The notes beneath the pieces are model-generated. The model was not told the DNA's origin. It saw only the letters and a list, made by a program, of their open reading frames with translations, and ran no database searches. A stretch of DNA of 64,000 bases from a bacterium. Its GTDB lineage: Bacteria; UBA8248; JACPRG01; G963555815. The stretch covers positions 4,992,001 through 5,056,000 of the forward strand of contig OZ244653.1 in the NCBI GenBank assembly GCA_965218795.1, in the 5' to 3' direction. Below are positions 35,159 through 44,933 of this stretch, piece by piece. The translations under genes were made by a program, and so were the position numbers. The number at the start of each line of letters is the position of its first letter. Position 1 is the stretch's first letter.

Positions 35159-36133
35159 ATGATTCGGACACGAATCTGTGAGCTGCTCGAAATCCAACAT
35201 CCCGTCGTGATGGGGGGCATGGGTACGGGGACCTCTGCGGAATTGGTGGCCGCGGTTTCCAACGCCGGCGGATTCGGGACGCTCGGGGCGACAAACCTGA
35301 ATGCGAAATCGATTCACGAGGCGGTCGCGGACGTTCGCGAGAGAACCGACCGGCCGTTTGGTATCAACTTCCTTCTCTTCCGGATGGACGACGAAGCCTT
35401 CGAGGCCGCCTTAAAAGCCCGGCCACCCCTGATCGCGTTCGCCTGGCCGTGGCCCGATCAGGATATTCGGCCCTACTTCGACCGCGTTCACGAATCCGGG
35501 TTGAAGGTGATGTCCATGGCGGGGGAGGTCCCGGAAGCCCTCCGGATGGCGGAATCGGGGGCCGACATCATCGTCGCTCAGGGGACGGAAGGGGGCGGCC
35601 ACGTCGGATGGATGGCCACCTCGACCCTGGCGCCTATGGTGGTGAGCGCCGTGTCGCCCCTCCCTGTGCTGGCCGCAGGGGGTATCGCGGACGGGCGTGG
35701 TCTCGCAGCCTCGCTGGCCCTCGGGGCTGAGGGTGTACTCTTAGGCACGCGATTCCTGGCCGCGGACGAGTCGCCCCTTCATGAGAACCATAAGCGGGCG
35801 ATCGTGGGAAGCGACGGGCACGACACGGTCCTCACCGAAATCCCGGACATCGCTGCGGGTCAGGTGTGGCCTGGAGCCATGGCCCGCGCCCAGCGCAATG
35901 CATTCATCGAGCGTTGGGCCGGGCGCGAGTGGACCCTGCGGCAGAATTATCATCAGGTCGGCAAGGAGGTGCTGGCCGCGCGGAAGGCCGGGGACGTGAA
36001 TCACGCGCCCCTTCTGTTCGGTCAGGATGCCGGATTGATTGACAGCGTCCTGCCCGCCGCCAAAGTCATCGATCGGATGGTGCGGGACGCGGAGGAGATC
36101 ATCACGGGCCGTCTCTCCAAGGCGATCCTCTGA
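35159..36133 (+). CDS. Nitronate monooxygenase/FabK-family flavoprotein
   Basis: QGTEGGGH, AAGGIADGRG, LGTRF. Confidence 0.9.
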   Translation: MIRTRICELLEIQHPVVMGGMGTGTSAELVAAVSNAGGFGTLGATNLNAKSIHEAVADVRERTDRPFGINFLLFRMDDEAFEAALKARPPLIAFAWPWPDQDIRPYFDRVHESGLKVMSMAGEVPEALRMAESGADIIVAQGTEGGGHVGWMATSTLAPMVVSAVSPLPVLAAGGIADGRGLAASLALGAEGVLLGTRFLAADESPLHENHKRAIVGSDGHDTVLTEIPDIAAGQVWPGAMARAQRNAFIERWAGREWTLRQNYHQVGKEVLAARKAGDVNHAPLLFGQDAGLIDSVLPAAKVIDRMVRDAEEIITGRLSKAIL

Positions 36134-36332
36134 GCGGAGGTGGCTTGGGTTCAGCAAGCGCGGCAGCGATCCCCGGCCGAGACGGTCGGCGACTGAAACG
36201 GATTGTTCATTCTCGATCTCTTTGTCAAAATGTAACCTGTCGAAGTTTCCGGTTTGAATGGATGACGGAGAAGCCGGAGGCCAAGCGAGCGATGTCCCCG
36301 TTTACGCGGAGATGGTGACGAGGTTGAGGACG

Positions 36333-37331
36333 ATGCCCCCTGGAAAGGTCGAAATCGGTATCCATCTCAGCAATCGCGCCTGGTCGATGAAGGAAGGGGA
36401 ACGGGCTTCGGTCAAGAAGACCCTGTTCGAGATGGCCCGAAAAATCGAGGCGGCCGGTTACCATTCCATCTGGCTTGGCGACAGCGTTGTCGCCAAGCCC
36501 CGCTATGAAGCGTTGAGCCTTCTGGCCGCGTTGGGCGCCGTGACCGAGCAGGTCAAGCTCGGCGTCACCGTTCTGCTCCCCGTTCTCCGGCATCCCATCC
36601 ATCTCGCCCATCAGGCCGCGACCATCGACCGGATATCCGACGGGCGTCTGATTCTGGCCTTCGGAGCGGGCAATGCGGGGGAGCGGGGCTCGGTGTACGC
36701 CAATGAGTTCAAGGCCCTCGGCGTACCCGTTCATGAGCGCGGAGCGCGAATGGATGAGACGATCGATATTCTCCGAAAACTCTGGAAGGAAGAGGCAGTG
36801 ACCCATGAGGGACGCTTCTTCCGGTTCGAGGACGTGACCATCGAGCCGAAACCCGTCCGCCCGGAGGGCATCCCGATCTGGACGGTCTGCGGCCACGGCC
36901 TTCGGCCCCTGATTCCGGCCCAGGTCAGGCGGGTCGTGGACCGGGCCGACGGCTGGATGACGGCGGTGGCTTTTCCCGAAGATTGCGTGAATACCCGAAA
37001 GACGCTGGAGGAAACGGCCAAGGCGTCCGGGAGGGATCCATCCACCCTCCACTCCGCGTGCACACTGCGGGTGAACATCAATTCCAACAAGCAGCGGGCG
37101 CGGGAAGAATTCGAGAGTCATTTGCTCGAATATTACCGGAACGTCAAGTTCTGGAAGGAGGTGAACGGGCACCACATATGGGGCCCTTACGGCGACGCAG
37201 GGTACGTCCGGGAACGGATGGAGGCCTTCGTTGACGCGGGCATCAGGACCTTTGCGATCCTGTTCACGGCGCCCGATCAGATGAAGCAGTTCGACGAGTT
37301 CACGGAAAAGGTTTGGCCACACTTCAGCTAG
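36333..37331 (+). CDS. Luciferase-like (LLM) flavin-dependent oxidoreductase
   Basis: IWLGDS, 'TIDRISDGRL', PKP; start inferred. Confidence 0.88.
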   Translation: MPPGKVEIGIHLSNRAWSMKEGERASVKKTLFEMARKIEAAGYHSIWLGDSVVAKPRYEALSLLAALGAVTEQVKLGVTVLLPVLRHPIHLAHQAATIDRISDGRLILAFGAGNAGERGSVYANEFKALGVPVHERGARMDETIDILRKLWKEEAVTHEGRFFRFEDVTIEPKPVRPEGIPIWTVCGHGLRPLIPAQVRRVVDRADGWMTAVAFPEDCVNTRKTLEETAKASGRDPSTLHSACTLRVNINSNKQRAREEFESHLLEYYRNVKFWKEVNGHHIWGPYGDAGYVRERMEAFVDAGIRTFAILFTAPDQMKQFDEFTEKVWPHFS

Positions 37332-37372
37332 ATGGACGGATGGTACGCGGTTCCTGGAAGGAGGGATTGAGA

Positions 37373-39013
37373 ATGAAGCGACGAATCTCGATGTGGGGGT
37401 GGGTTCCCCGGACGGCCCTCGCAGTGTTGCTGGCGTGGGGCGGGATGTTGGCCGGCACGTCGTACGCACAGGGGAAGACGGTGACGCTCGCATCCACGAG
37501 CGATATCTTTCGCATCGCCAACCCGGCGATCTTCCGGCTTTCCTCGCTCAACTACTGGTGGTATCAGGTATTCAGCGCCCTGGTGCGGCCCGACAAAGAC
37601 TTCAATGTAGTGCCGGACCTCGCCGAGTCCTGGACTGTCAGCGACGACCGGAAGACTTACACCTTCACCCTGCGAAAGGGCGTCCGATGGCACGACGGCG
37701 AGCCCTTCACGGCGGAGGACGTGAAGTTCACCTACGAGCTGATGCTCCATCAGGACAACCGGGCGGCCTCCTCTCATTGGCCGTACTTCGGCTACGTCCA
37801 GGGCGCGGCGGAATACCGGAAGGGAAAGGCGAAATCGATCAGGGGGGTCGAGGTCCTCGGGCCCCACAAGATCCGCATCCGGCTGAATGCCCCCTACGCT
37901 GCGTTCATGATCATCTCGGCAGGCCAGCCGATCGTGCCGAAGCACGTTCTCGAAAAGGTCCCGGTCAAGACCATGATCAAGAACAAGTTCACCCATTATC
38001 CCGTGGGCACGGGCCCCTACGTCGTCGAGTCCTGGAAATCCAGGGACCGGACCGTCCTGCGGAGGAATCCGAACTATTTCGGCAAGGCGCCGAGGTTTGA
38101 GCGGATCATCTGGCGGGCCCTGCCGGATACTTCCTCCCGGCTGTCTTCTCTGCGGACGGGCAAAATCGACGTGAACGGGATGTACGCGGCCGTCCCGGTG
38201 GACGAGTTCTCAAACCTGGACAAGGATGCGTGCTGCCGGGGAGTCCGGATGCCCGGCCAATCCAACTGGTTCATGGATTTCAATCTCAAGAATCCCATGT
38301 TCCACGACGCTCGGGTCCGGAAGGCCGTCAGCTACGCCATGGACCGGAAGGCGATACTGAAGCATGTCTTCAACGGTTGGGGGGTTATCAACAACACGCC
38401 GTTCCATTCCTTGTCCTGGGCCCACAAGAAAGACGTGACGATCTACGACGGCGATCTCGCGAAGGCGAAACAACTCCTCGAAGAGGCCGGCTGGAAGGTT
38501 GGGTCCGACGGTATTCGCGTCAAGGATGGAAAGCGCCTGAGCTTTACCTGGCGGGTCGGTATCGGGCGAGCGGCCGCCATCATGGCCGAGGCCGCCGCGC
38601 CGATGCTGCGCAAGGCGGGGATCGAGGCCAAGGTGGAGCGCCTTGATTTCATCACTCTTTGGTTCAAACACTACGTCAAGAAAAAATACGACGCCCTTTC
38701 CCACCTCCATCCCAGCAGCATCTACGCGGACCCGGATTACGACCTGTTGCGGTGGTACGATCGCCGGATCAACAAGACCGGGTACAACAACCCGAAGGTC
38801 GAGGAGATGATCAAGAGGGCGGCGGTGACAGTGGGTCGGGAGAAGCGGAAGGCCATCTATCACGAACTGCAGGAAATCCTCGCGAAGGACGCCGTGCGGC
38901 TCTGGCTGATCCAGACGGATGAGCTTTGGGGCGTGAGCAAGGACTTGAAGATGGCCGACGCTCCCACCGGTTACCGCAAGATCCTGGCCATCGAGACCTG
39001 GGATAAGAACTAA
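37373..39013 (+). CDS. ABC peptide/nickel-type substrate-binding protein (family 5)
   Basis: 'PDLAESW..YTFTLRKGVRWHDG..TAEDV', GTGPY. Confidence 0.93.
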   Translation: MKRRISMWGWVPRTALAVLLAWGGMLAGTSYAQGKTVTLASTSDIFRIANPAIFRLSSLNYWWYQVFSALVRPDKDFNVVPDLAESWTVSDDRKTYTFTLRKGVRWHDGEPFTAEDVKFTYELMLHQDNRAASSHWPYFGYVQGAAEYRKGKAKSIRGVEVLGPHKIRIRLNAPYAAFMIISAGQPIVPKHVLEKVPVKTMIKNKFTHYPVGTGPYVVESWKSRDRTVLRRNPNYFGKAPRFERIIWRALPDTSSRLSSLRTGKIDVNGMYAAVPVDEFSNLDKDACCRGVRMPGQSNWFMDFNLKNPMFHDARVRKAVSYAMDRKAILKHVFNGWGVINNTPFHSLSWAHKKDVTIYDGDLAKAKQLLEEAGWKVGSDGIRVKDGKRLSFTWRVGIGRAAAIMAEAAAPMLRKAGIEAKVERLDFITLWFKHYVKKKYDALSHLHPSSIYADPDYDLLRWYDRRINKTGYNNPKVEEMIKRAAVTVGREKRKAIYHELQEILAKDAVRLWLIQTDELWGVSKDLKMADAPTGYRKILAIETWDKN

Positions 39014-39029
39014 CCCGACTCGAGTCTGC

Positions 39030-39066
39030 CCGAAGGCCGGGGCGCGAAAGCGTCCCGGCCTTTTCA
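39030..39066 (+). terminator. Intercistronic stem-loop after SBP gene
   Basis: GGCCGGGGCGC-GAAA-GCGTCCCGGCC-TTTT. Confidence 0.6.
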
Positions 39067-39123
39067 CCCGGCAGCGGACTTCTCTCAACCATTCTTCCTC
39101 TTCAGGAAGGCCGCCGAGCGAAC

Positions 39124-40077
39124 GTGGGCAAATACCTCTGCAAACGTCTCCTCCAATTCATCCCCATCCTGTTTGGAATCTCGGTTGTTTCATTTCTGAT
39201 CATTTATCTGGCCCCCGGGGACCCGACCAACCTTCTCGTCAACGTGGAGATCCTGACGGACGAGGAGTTGCTCGAAGTCCGCAGGAGTCTCGGACTGGAA
39301 CAGCCCATGCCGGTTCAGTACGTCAAGATGATGGTCGCGCTGTTATCCGGGAAGCTTTATTCGTTCGAGACCGCGCAGCCGACCTGGGTCATGATCCTCG
39401 AAGGGTTGCCCACCACGCTCGCACTCATCGCCGGCAGCATCCTGTTCGCTTTGGTCTTCGGGGTGCCGTGCGGCGTCATTTCGGCCCTTCGGCCGTATAC
39501 CCGAATGGATAACGCGCTCACGGTTCTGTCGTTGTTCGGCGTCTCCATTCCCCAGTTCTGGTTCGCATTGATGATGATCTATCTGTTCGCGGAATCCTTG
39601 GGGTGGATGCCCGCAACGGGTATGTTCTCTGAAGGGCCGAGGGTCTTTCCCGTCCTGGACGTCTTGCGCCACCTGGTCATGCCGGTCGTGGTGATGGGGA
39701 CGGTTTCCCTTCCGCCCATTGTTCGTTACACCCGGAACGCCATGATGGAGACGCTCGGGCAGGACTATGTCCGTACGGCCCAGAGCAAAGGCTTGCCCCG
39801 GTTCACCGTGGTCTACCGCCACGCCCTGAAGAATTCCCTCCTCCCCGTGGTGACCGTGCTGGGACTGCTCGTTCCCCTTCTTTTGGGGACTGCGGTCGTC
39901 GTCGAGTACGTATTCGCCCTGCCCGGCATCGGGAGCCTGGCCATCAGCGCCGCCCTGTTGAGGGATTATCCCGTCGTGATCACGGTGAATTTCCTGGCCG
40001 CGGTCCTGGCCTTGACCGTCGGCCTGTTCGTGGACATCACGTACAGCTTCTTGGATCCGCGGATCCGGTACGTCTGA
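39124..40077 (+). CDS. ABC permease (DppB/OppB-like)
   Basis: 'DYVRTAQSKGL..HALKN', 'DPRI'. Confidence 0.93.
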   Translation: MGKYLCKRLLQFIPILFGISVVSFLIIYLAPGDPTNLLVNVEILTDEELLEVRRSLGLEQPMPVQYVKMMVALLSGKLYSFETAQPTWVMILEGLPTTLALIAGSILFALVFGVPCGVISALRPYTRMDNALTVLSLFGVSIPQFWFALMMIYLFAESLGWMPATGMFSEGPRVFPVLDVLRHLVMPVVVMGTVSLPPIVRYTRNAMMETLGQDYVRTAQSKGLPRFTVVYRHALKNSLLPVVTVLGLLVPLLLGTAVVVEYVFALPGIGSLAISAALLRDYPVVITVNFLAAVLALTVGLFVDITYSFLDPRIRYV

Positions 40078-40091
40078 TCGGAGGAACCCTT

Positions 40092-41039
40092 GTGGCCACC
40101 GGCATTCCTGCGGCGAAGACCCACGAGATCGAATCGGCGGGGCCCGGCCTGACGGGCGCACCGGTGGCGGCCGGTTTGCCTCCTGCGGCGGGGTTCTGGA
40201 GGCGGTTTCTTCGAAACCGGCGGGCCGCGATCGGTCTCGGGTTGCTGATGCTGTTCTACCTTCTGGCGATCCTGGCGCCCGTCCTGGCGCCTCATGGGGT
40301 GGACGAGCAGAGTCTGGCAACACGGCTGAAGCCACCGGGCTTCTCGCACTGGATGGGAACGGACCGATTCGGCCGGGACATCCTCAGCCGCGTATTGTGG
40401 GCGGGTCAGATCTCCCAGTCAGTTGGGCTGCTGTCGATGACGCTCAGTATTCTGGTGGGCATTCTGGTGGGCGCGGTGGCGGGCTTCCATGGGCGGTGGG
40501 CGGACCATCTGTTGTCCAGGCTGACCGAGACCTTCATTACGTTTCCTACCTACTTCATCATGATTGCCGTTGTCGCCCTGTTCGGGACGAGCTTTCTGAA
40601 TCTGATTCTGGTGATCGGGCTGACTTCGTGGCCGATCACGGCGCGCGTCGTCCGCGCGGAGTTCCTCTCCTTGAAGGCCCGGCCGTTCGTGGAGTCCGCG
40701 CTTGCGACGGGGGCTGGGAAGATCCGCGTCATGCTGTGGCACATCCTGCCGAACGTCGTGCCGGTCATCGTGGTCGCGGCGACGCTTCGGGTGGCTTACG
40801 TGATCCTGGCCGAGGCGGGGTTGAGCTATTTGGGGTTCGGCATCCAGCCGCCCACGCCCAGTTGGGGGAACATGGTGGCCGAAGGACGAACATACCTGAG
40901 AACGGCGTGGTGGATCACGCTGTTCCCGGGGCTGTTCATTTTCTTCTCGGTGATGGCCTACAACCTGATCGGGGACGGCCTGCGGGACGCGTTCGACCCG
41001 AGAATGGGGGCGGGAGGCCGTGCGTCGGAAAAACATTGA
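40092..41039 (+). CDS. ABC permease (DppC/OppC-like)
   Basis: 'GTDRFGRD', 'HILPN', 'GDGLRDAFDP'. Confidence 0.93.
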   Translation: MATGIPAAKTHEIESAGPGLTGAPVAAGLPPAAGFWRRFLRNRRAAIGLGLLMLFYLLAILAPVLAPHGVDEQSLATRLKPPGFSHWMGTDRFGRDILSRVLWAGQISQSVGLLSMTLSILVGILVGAVAGFHGRWADHLLSRLTETFITFPTYFIMIAVVALFGTSFLNLILVIGLTSWPITARVVRAEFLSLKARPFVESALATGAGKIRVMLWHILPNVVPVIVVAATLRVAYVILAEAGLSYLGFGIQPPTPSWGNMVAEGRTYLRTAWWITLFPGLFIFFSVMAYNLIGDGLRDAFDPRMGAGGRASEKH

Positions 41040-41147
41040 CGCAAAAACGGCCCGGTACGGTCATTCATAGGCCGAAGGCCGGCCCGGGAAGCCCTGGGAC
41101 TGTCGAGCGCAACGCGGCAGAAAGGAGGGGGTATTTCTCCAGCTCTC

Positions 41148-41540
41148 TCAGGACTCTTTCCGTTCTGCCAACTCGATGCTGATGCTGTCCGGTCCTTTGA
41201 TGAAGGCGACCTTGACGCCCGGCCGGAGCTCCCAGGGCTCGCAAATGAACTCGGCCCCCTTCGCCCGGAGGTCTGCCGCCGCCCCGTCCATATCGTCCAC
41301 CAGCAGACCCAAGTGGTCGAGTCCGTAGCGCGGCTCGGTCCCCGTGCGAATCGGGTCTTCTCCCTCTGCACGGCCCGAGACCTGGAAAATCATCCCGTTC
41401 AGGTCAAAGGTGAACGAGGGCGCGCCGCCCAGTTCCCGCTCCCGGATGACCTCTGCGCCGAAAAACTCTTCCCAAAACTTGCGCGCCCCATGGGGGTCTT
41501 CGCTCCGAAAGTGAATATGGTCATATTGGTACGTCGCCAT
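41148..41540 (-). CDS. VOC/glyoxalase-family protein
   Basis: 'DHIH', 'LDHLG', 'GPD..IEL' metal-ligand pattern. Confidence 0.85.
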   Translation of the reverse strand: MATYQYDHIHFRSEDPHGARKFWEEFFGAEVIRERELGGAPSFTFDLNGMIFQVSGRAEGEDPIRTGTEPRYGLDHLGLLVDDMDGAAADLRAKGAEFICEPWELRPGVKVAFIKGPDSISIELAERKES

Positions 41541-41556
41541 GTTTTCCCCTCTGTTC

Positions 41557-42438
41557 TCAAACGGGAACGTGGATGCTGAGCTCTTCGTAGTCCGTCTCTT
41601 TCATCTCATCCCGAAGCCCCCAGCTTTCCAGCCAGGCGTGCGTTTCTTCGAAGAAGCCTTGACCGTACGGCTCGAAAACCATCAATTCTCCCAGGCAGAA
41701 TCGGGAGTAATCATAATCGCCGCGCATTTCTGTCGGGATGTTTCTTTCCCACAGGGGGAGATACGGCGCCGGGTTGGCTCGAAGTTCCTCATCGGCTCGC
41801 CTGAGCACGCGGAAGTATGCCTTGAGGGCCTCCGGGTCCAAGTCCTCGCTCACCCAGAAGAGGATTCGGAACTGGCCCATCGCCAATCGGCGATGGCCCC
41901 GCTGCAAGGCCATGTCGATCACCGGGTCCACGAGGTTGATCGCATCGATCTCTCCCGCCTCCAGAGCCTGAAGCCGTTTTCCCGGCCCGCCCAGGTCGTT
42001 GAGGACGATTTTTCCCCGCGGATGGATCATCTCCATCGCCTTCAGGGTTGTGTAATGGGTTCCCGCGCGAGCTCCGATACCGATGGGCACGTTCGCCAGA
42101 TCGAGAAGGGATCGGAAAGGCGAGTCCGCCCGGACGAAAAACGAATAGTTCGCCACGCCATAGAGGTCGGGGACGAATTTCCCCATGCCGGCTCCGGCGT
42201 TGGATGCGGAGCCCCAGTGGCATGCCGCGTTGACCACCGTGATCCCCTCGATGAAGGGGCGGTCCTGCGGTCTATCGTAGTACGCCTTGTCCTGGTGGCT
42301 GAGCAAGCCGTGGGTGACGTGATCCAGATGCTCAGGGGTCAATCCTTCGTCCTGATAATAGCCGTACTCCAGCGCCATCCACTCATGGAGCCTCATGAAA
42401 TGCGGTACGACCTTGATGGGTGTCAGATCCCGCGTCAT
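41557..42438 (-). CDS. Periplasmic-binding-protein-fold (SsuA/THI5-like) protein without signal peptide
   Basis: 'GYYQDEGL', 'VRADSP..LLDL', 'ALEAGEIDA'; SD AGGAG; no hydrophobic N-terminus. Confidence 0.65.
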   Translation of the reverse strand: MTRDLTPIKVVPHFMRLHEWMALEYGYYQDEGLTPEHLDHVTHGLLSHQDKAYYDRPQDRPFIEGITVVNAACHWGSASNAGAGMGKFVPDLYGVANYSFFVRADSPFRSLLDLANVPIGIGARAGTHYTTLKAMEMIHPRGKIVLNDLGGPGKRLQALEAGEIDAINLVDPVIDMALQRGHRRLAMGQFRILFWVSEDLDPEALKAYFRVLRRADEELRANPAPYLPLWERNIPTEMRGDYDYSRFCLGELMVFEPYGQGFFEETHAWLESWGLRDEMKETDYEELSIHVPV

Positions 42439-42650
42439 CTTCGCCTTCTCCTTATCTTGTACGGCAAATCTCTTGGCCGCCGTTTCCCCCTGTTTCGATT
42501 GACGAGACTCGTTTCGCAGCGGCGCCGCCTTCAATAGAGATCGAAACAAGGATTGCGTAAAGAATACGCCGGGGAACCATTCCTCAGGGCATGTGCCATG
42601 TCTTCATTCCGCATTTTCGCGGGGCGGTGGATTTGCACCCCTATGATTCC

Positions 42651-43673
42651 CTACGGAGCCTTGACCCCGAGGGCCGGCAGAACCTCGTTCACGTAGATGG
42701 CAAACTGTCTTTCCTGATCGCTTGCGGTCAGGCGGATCGTGATATGGTCGAACCCCGCACCGATATAGCTTTGGAGGGTGTCGACGCACTGTTCGATCGA
42801 ACCGTGGGCGGTCCAGAGCTTCACCATGTCCTCCGGCCAGTCGCGGTCGTAGTAGGCGTCTAAATATTGCTTGCTCTCCCGATAGGCGGCATCCCGGTCG
42901 GGGTTGACATTCATGTTGTAGTAAAGAGAGGTCTTGAAGGTTGACTTGTCGAGGCCCTCTTCTTCTCTCGTGGCGTGAATGCGCGCCAGGAAATCCTTGA
43001 ACATTTCGGGTGTGAGCAGCGTGGTCTGCCAACCGTCGGCGTTCAGGGCAATGCGCCGAAGCGCCCTGTCCACCCCCTCCTCCCCGACCAGCGCCGCTCG
43101 CGGGGTGGCCGCGATCCAGATGGGGCAGGGTTGCTGAACGGGTTTGGGGAGCAGGTTCACGTCCTCGAATGAATAATGCTTTCCGTGATAGGAGGCCCGC
43201 TCGCTCGACCAGAGCTCACGCAGCGCGGCGATGATCTCGACCATACGGCGCGGCCGCTCCTGGCTCGGGATGCCCATGACCTCGAGCTCCTTGGCCGCGG
43301 CCGGGGTCTGGCTGGCGGGGTATCCCATACAGGCCACGAGCAAGGCCCGGCCTTGGGAGAGCACGTCCAGGCTCGCCCATTGGAGCCCGAAAACTACGGG
43401 GTTCCGCTGGACGATGGTCGCCATGCAGGCCACACCCAGCTTGACGCGAGAGGTCCGCCCGGCGATGGCCCCCAGAAGCGGGATGCATTCCAGCCTCGGT
43501 TTACTGAGGATGCTGTCTCCCGCCCAGACGTCGGTCAGAATCCCGGTTTCCTCCGCCTTCACGGCCATTTCCACCAGCTCTCCGGCATCGACAATCCCGA
43601 CGATGACTCCCCGGTTCGGGAGCGTCAGCCCGAAATCGACCTTTTTCTCCGGCAAATTGCTTCTCCTTTGCAT
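42651..43673 (-). CDS. Luciferase-like (LLM) flavin-dependent oxidoreductase
   Basis: VWAGDS, 'SLDVLSQGR', PKPVQ. Confidence 0.88.
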   Translation of the reverse strand: MQRRSNLPEKKVDFGLTLPNRGVIVGIVDAGELVEMAVKAEETGILTDVWAGDSILSKPRLECIPLLGAIAGRTSRVKLGVACMATIVQRNPVVFGLQWASLDVLSQGRALLVACMGYPASQTPAAAKELEVMGIPSQERPRRMVEIIAALRELWSSERASYHGKHYSFEDVNLLPKPVQQPCPIWIAATPRAALVGEEGVDRALRRIALNADGWQTTLLTPEMFKDFLARIHATREEEGLDKSTFKTSLYYNMNVNPDRDAAYRESKQYLDAYYDRDWPEDMVKLWTAHGSIEQCVDTLQSYIGAGFDHITIRLTASDQERQFAIYVNEVLPALGVKAP

Positions 43674-43691
43674 CCGCGTGTTCTTGTCGGT

Positions 43692-44882
43692 TCATGAACA
43701 TGATCGGCCCCCGTTTCGCCAGGGACGCACGGGAGCGTGCGTGATCAGCTCCGGCCCGTCGGCCCGGACGATCATTTCCTCTTCGATACAGGCCCCGGCC
43801 ACTTCAGGCACGGAGATTCCCGGTTCGATGCACAGCACCATGCCTTCCTCGAGTCTATCCTGGACGCCCTTTTGAATAAGAGGCGACTCCAGCGTTTCCA
43901 GCCCGATGCCGTGTCCCATGAATGCCCGGCTGTGCGCCCCGTAGCCTTCCCGCTCGAAAACGGCCTGGGAAGCCTGGTAGACGTCGTCGCTCTTCATGCC
44001 CGGCATGCACGCAGCCACCGCGACCTCCGTTGCCTCGGCGCACAGGTCGAGAATCTTCAATACCTCGCCGGCGGGCTCGCCGATGAAGGTCGTTCGGAGG
44101 ACATCGTACTGATAGCCTTCGAAGGCCCCGATGACGTCCATCCGGACAACGTCGCCTTCCTCGAGGACCCGCTTCGTCGCCTGGGGCCAGCGGATTCCCC
44201 ACGTGGACCAGGGGCCGGAATGAACCCGGACATACCGGACGAAGTCCGCCCCTTGCCGTATTCCTTCGGCGATGGCCGCCGCGCAGACGTCGGCCTCGGT
44301 GTTGCCCGGAATACACGCGGCCATGGCGGCCGTTTGTGAGGCGTCCGCGATCCTCGCCGCCTCCTTCAGAAGCTCGATCTCGGCCTCGGTCTTGAGCCCT
44401 CGGAGGCCGCGGACGATTTCGTCGGCCGGCTCCCACTTCACCCCCGGAAGGGCGGCGGTGAGATCCCGGTACAACGCAAGCGGCATGATGTCCTCACCGA
44501 CAATACCGGCCCGGGCCTCCGTCAACCCGCGTTCCGCCAGCGCCTCCCGTACCGTGGGCGCAATGATGGAGGTGATCCTCACGTCCTGAATGGGGACCAG
44601 GTCCTTGCGGTAACCCGTCCGGTCCGCCAGAAGAATCGGTTCTCCCTCCGCCGGAAGAAGGAGGACGCCGTGCCCCGCGCCCCGGCTTTCCTTGGAGAAG
44701 GCGCCGGCGGGGAAGGGGGGAAAGTGGTTGGTGAGGAAAGTCAGGTCGCCCATTCGGTCGTAAAAGGAGCGGCCGATGACGAGGAGGAGGTCCAGTTTCC
44801 GCTCCGTCATGGCCTTCCGGGCCCGATCAAGCCGATCGGGGATTTCCGACTGGGGCGTCCCCGCCCCTTCCATGCGAACCAT
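43692..44882 (-). CDS. M24-family metallopeptidase (Xaa-Pro/creatinase-like)
   Basis: 'MD..GYQYD..RT', GHGIGL, IEPG, IEE. Confidence 0.88.
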   Translation of the reverse strand: MVRMEGAGTPQSEIPDRLDRARKAMTERKLDLLLVIGRSFYDRMGDLTFLTNHFPPFPAGAFSKESRGAGHGVLLLPAEGEPILLADRTGYRKDLVPIQDVRITSIIAPTVREALAERGLTEARAGIVGEDIMPLALYRDLTAALPGVKWEPADEIVRGLRGLKTEAEIELLKEAARIADASQTAAMAACIPGNTEADVCAAAIAEGIRQGADFVRYVRVHSGPWSTWGIRWPQATKRVLEEGDVVRMDVIGAFEGYQYDVLRTTFIGEPAGEVLKILDLCAEATEVAVAACMPGMKSDDVYQASQAVFEREGYGAHSRAFMGHGIGLETLESPLIQKGVQDRLEEGMVLCIEPGISVPEVAGACIEEEMIVRADGPELITHAPVRPWRNGGRSCS

Positions 44883-44933
44883 TTGGAATCCACCTCCAGG
44901 AAGGATCATGAGGCGAGACGCACGACCGCGCGC

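Noticed and set aside
33334-35262. 642-aa antisense ORF and similar long shadow ORFs (3571-4890, 44670-46148, 57590-59095)
   Set aside because: Antisense shadows of high-GC genes with no motifs
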